A DNA stretch of 64,000 bases from Ramlibacter sp. GTDB lineage: Bacteria > Pseudomonadota > Gammaproteobacteria > Burkholderiales > Burkholderiaceae_C. Numbering within the stretch: the first letter of the stretch is position 1; every line of letters begins with the position of its first letter. The position numbers and the translations under genes are program-made. The notes under the pieces were generated by a model. That model was not told the origin of the DNA. It worked only from the letters and a program-made list of their open reading frames with translations, and did no database searches. The stretch covers positions 14,450 through 78,449 of the forward strand of contig NZ_JAYRZR010000007.1 in the NCBI RefSeq assembly GCF_041916345.1. Direction: 5' to 3'. Below are positions 62,621 through 64,000 of this stretch, piece after piece.

Positions 62621-63109
62621 ATGGCCGCCTCGCGATCCGCTCCACCCGCCGTGCCCCTGGGCGAGAGCTTCACCCACCGACTGCACCGCCTGCACAAGCT
62701 GACCGACCGCGTGAGCCAGCAGGCCTACGTGGCACAGGCCGGTCTGTCGCTGAGCGAGGGGCGCTGCCTCGCGGCCATCGGTGCCTTCACGCCGCTGTCG
62801 GTGAACGATCTGGCGCAGCACGCCAACCTGAACAAGGCCCAGGCCAGCCGCGCCGCGCAGGCACTGGTGGACCAGGGGCTGGTGGTCAAGGCGGCCAGCG
62901 CCACCGACGGCCGCGGGGTGGTGCTCACGCTCACGGCCAGTGGCCGCGCCGCCTGGCAGCGGGTCATGCGCGTGATCGGTGAACGCAACGAAGCCATCGT
63001 GTCGTGCCTGAGTGAAGCCGAGCGGCGGCAACTGGACCGTCTGCTGGACAAGCTCGTGCGGCACGCGGAGGCGGGGGACACAGGCGCTGGCGAGGGCGAG
63101 AGCGACTGA
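62621..63109 (+). CDS. MarR-family transcriptional regulator
   Basis: 162 aa. Winged helix LSVNDLAQHANLNKAQASRAAQALVDQGLV. Confidence 0.85.
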   Translation: MAASRSAPPAVPLGESFTHRLHRLHKLTDRVSQQAYVAQAGLSLSEGRCLAAIGAFTPLSVNDLAQHANLNKAQASRAAQALVDQGLVVKAASATDGRGVVLTLTASGRAAWQRVMRVIGERNEAIVSCLSEAERRQLDRLLDKLVRHAEAGDTGAGEGESD

Positions 63110-63131
63110 GGCCCCGCTCGTTGCTGCGGTT

Positions 63132-63632
63132 TCAGCCCAGCTCGATCACCTGCCGCCAGGGCAGCCGCGCGTCTGCCGTGTAGTCCGCCACCACCCAGGT
63201 GCGCGTGGCGTGATCGGCCATGTCGGCGAGGAATTCACGCAGCACGCGGGCCGATGCGGCGTCGAGCGCGCCGAAGGGCTGGTCGAGGCAGGTCACGCGC
63301 GCGCCTGCGGCCAGCAGGCCGGCCAGCGCCACCTTGCGGCGGCTGCCGGTGGAGTGCATGTAAAGCGGCTTGTGCGCGTGCGGGGTGAGGCCGAGCGCGT
63401 CCACCAGGTCCTGGTGCAGGGTGGCGTTCCACCCCGTGTAAAGCGACTGCACGGCCGCCCACACGTCGGCGGGCAGGCGCTGGTCGTCACCGGGCAGGGA
63501 AAGGTCGAGCCAGATGCCATCGGGCGCGGCGGCGCCTTCACTGGCCAGGCGTCGCAGCAGCGTGGTCTTGCCAGTGCGTTCATCGCCGACCACGGCGACC
63601 AGGCCTGGGGGGAGCGAGGGCAGGGGGTGCAT
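63132..63632 (-). CDS. Short ABC-ATPase-like P-loop protein with atypical motifs
   Basis: ORF trimmed to MHPLPSLPPGLVAVVGDERTGKTT at 63632. 166 aa. Signature-like STGSRRK. Walker B reads CLDQP rather than the usual D-E. Confidence 0.6.
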   Translation of the reverse strand: MHPLPSLPPGLVAVVGDERTGKTTLLRRLASEGAAAPDGIWLDLSLPGDDQRLPADVWAAVQSLYTGWNATLHQDLVDALGLTPHAHKPLYMHSTGSRRKVALAGLLAAGARVTCLDQPFGALDAASARVLREFLADMADHATRTWVVADYTADARLPWRQVIELG

Positions 63633-63663
63633 GCGCCAATTGTCCGACCAGGCGACACCCGTC

Positions 63664-63683
63664 ATTCCCGCGCAGGCGGGAAT
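63664..63683. repeat. REP-like hairpin ATTCCCGC-GCAG-GCGGGAAT (same family as 3432..3463)
   Basis: 8-bp stem preceded by GTC, as in the first copy. It is intergenic between two minus-strand genes. Confidence 0.55.
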
Positions 63684-63702
63684 CCAGGCGGTGTACCGCC
63701 GC

Positions 63703-63909
63703 TCACAAGTCCCGCAGCGCCGCCTGCAGATGCGCGCGAAAAGCCTCGGCGCTGCCTTGCGCCTGGGCCTGCAGCAGCGCGAGCTTGACGAGGAACAGCT
63801 CGGATCGCGCGGGCCCGGCTTCGTCAGTGGCGCGGGCCAGTTCGTCGTAGACGGCTTCCAGCTCGCCGATTGGCAGGCTGACGGGGGCATGGGGAAGGGG
63901 ATGGGTCAT
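63703..63909 (-). CDS. Small protein resembling DUF2783
   Basis: 68 aa, MTHPLPHAPVSLPIGELEAVYDELARA... AGGAG RBS. It starts 11 nt after the stop of the partial upstream gene. Confidence 0.6.
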   Translation of the reverse strand: MTHPLPHAPVSLPIGELEAVYDELARATDEAGPARSELFLVKLALLQAQAQGSAEAFRAHLQAALRDL

Positions 63910-63920
63910 GGCCGCTCCTT

Positions 63921-64000
63921 TCAGGCCTGCAGGATCTGCTGGAGGGCCTGGTCCAACCGGTGCGCGTCCAGCGTGACCCAGCGGGCGCAGACGTGCTGGT
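63921..64000 (-). CDS. 3-prime end of a CDS entering from the right edge (..QHVCARWVTLDAHRLDQALQQILQA)
   Basis: Open frame to the window edge ending at TGA (63921..63923). The context with a DUF2783-like gene suggests a flavin monooxygenase, but only 25 codons are visible. Confidence 0.4.
   Translation of the reverse strand, partial: QHVCARWVTLDAHRLDQALQQILQA

Noticed and set aside
1-64000. Mobile elements, CRISPR arrays, defence systems, prophage genes, rRNA/tRNA genes.
   Set aside because: No transposase, integrase, Cas, restriction, toxin-antitoxin or phage-type proteins appear in any frame. No spaced direct-repeat arrays and no RNA-gene-like segments were seen. The region reads as core or accessory catabolic DNA rather than a mobile island.

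Overview
This is a very GC-rich proteobacterial chromosome segment, roughly 70 percent GC by eye (not computed). A Bug/TctC-type binding protein and GTCAT[CT]CCCGC..GCGGG[GA]AT REP hairpins suggest a Burkholderiales/Comamonadaceae-like genome; that placement is inference only. The window is almost entirely coding. I call 61 CDS (2 partial at the edges) and find no rRNA, tRNA, CRISPR, transposase, integrase or phage genes.

The content is a dense acyl-CoA/lipid-type catabolic region:
- 4 AMP-forming acyl-CoA ligases, 6 acyl-CoA dehydrogenases and 4 crotonase-fold hydratases plus a FadB-like fusion.
- 4 thiolase-fold proteins, a MaoC hydratase, an MFE-2-type SDR and an alpha-methylacyl-CoA racemase.
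- A cytochrome P450 with a putidaredoxin-type ferredoxin, and a separately placed ferredoxin reductase.
- A two-subunit Rieske ring-hydroxylating oxygenase.
- Two Liv-type ABC importers, each with an acyl-CoA ligase gene embedded in the transporter operon.
- Regulators of the IclR, TetR, MarR and large LuxR/MalT (LAL) families.

Twenty-six consecutive genes (32517..61424) lie on the minus strand with tiny gaps and several ATGA/TGATG overlaps.

The observations most worth a second look are:
1. A 20-bp inverted repeat, TARWCCG-N6-CGGWYTA, occurs six times in AT-rich promoter islands. It appears to tie the scattered operons into one regulon, including the reductase, importer 1, two convergent ACAD operons and the Rieske-headed operon. 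The TetR gene sits beside one copy.
2. The Rieske-headed operon combines several modules. It has a thiolase-fold protein whose nucleophile Cys and catalytic His are replaced (Gly, Tyr), next to a DUF35 zinc-ribbon/OB protein. It also has a MaoC hydratase, a two-gene ACAD pair, and an aminoglycoside-phosphotransferase-like kinase with a small partner (LvaAB-like). This logic is reminiscent of ipf (ibuprofen) and steroid side-chain aldolytic systems, but the combination is not one I recognise as described.
3. A G18/C15/G7/C9 homopolymer block flanked by a 24-bp direct repeat sits between two convergent operons.
4. A signal-peptide protein with lectin-like, clan GH-A-like and tandem 122-aa repeat domains sits out of context.

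All family calls rest on motif recognition by eye; no BLAST or HMM search was possible. Coordinates of non-coding motifs were counted by hand and may be off by 1-2 nt.
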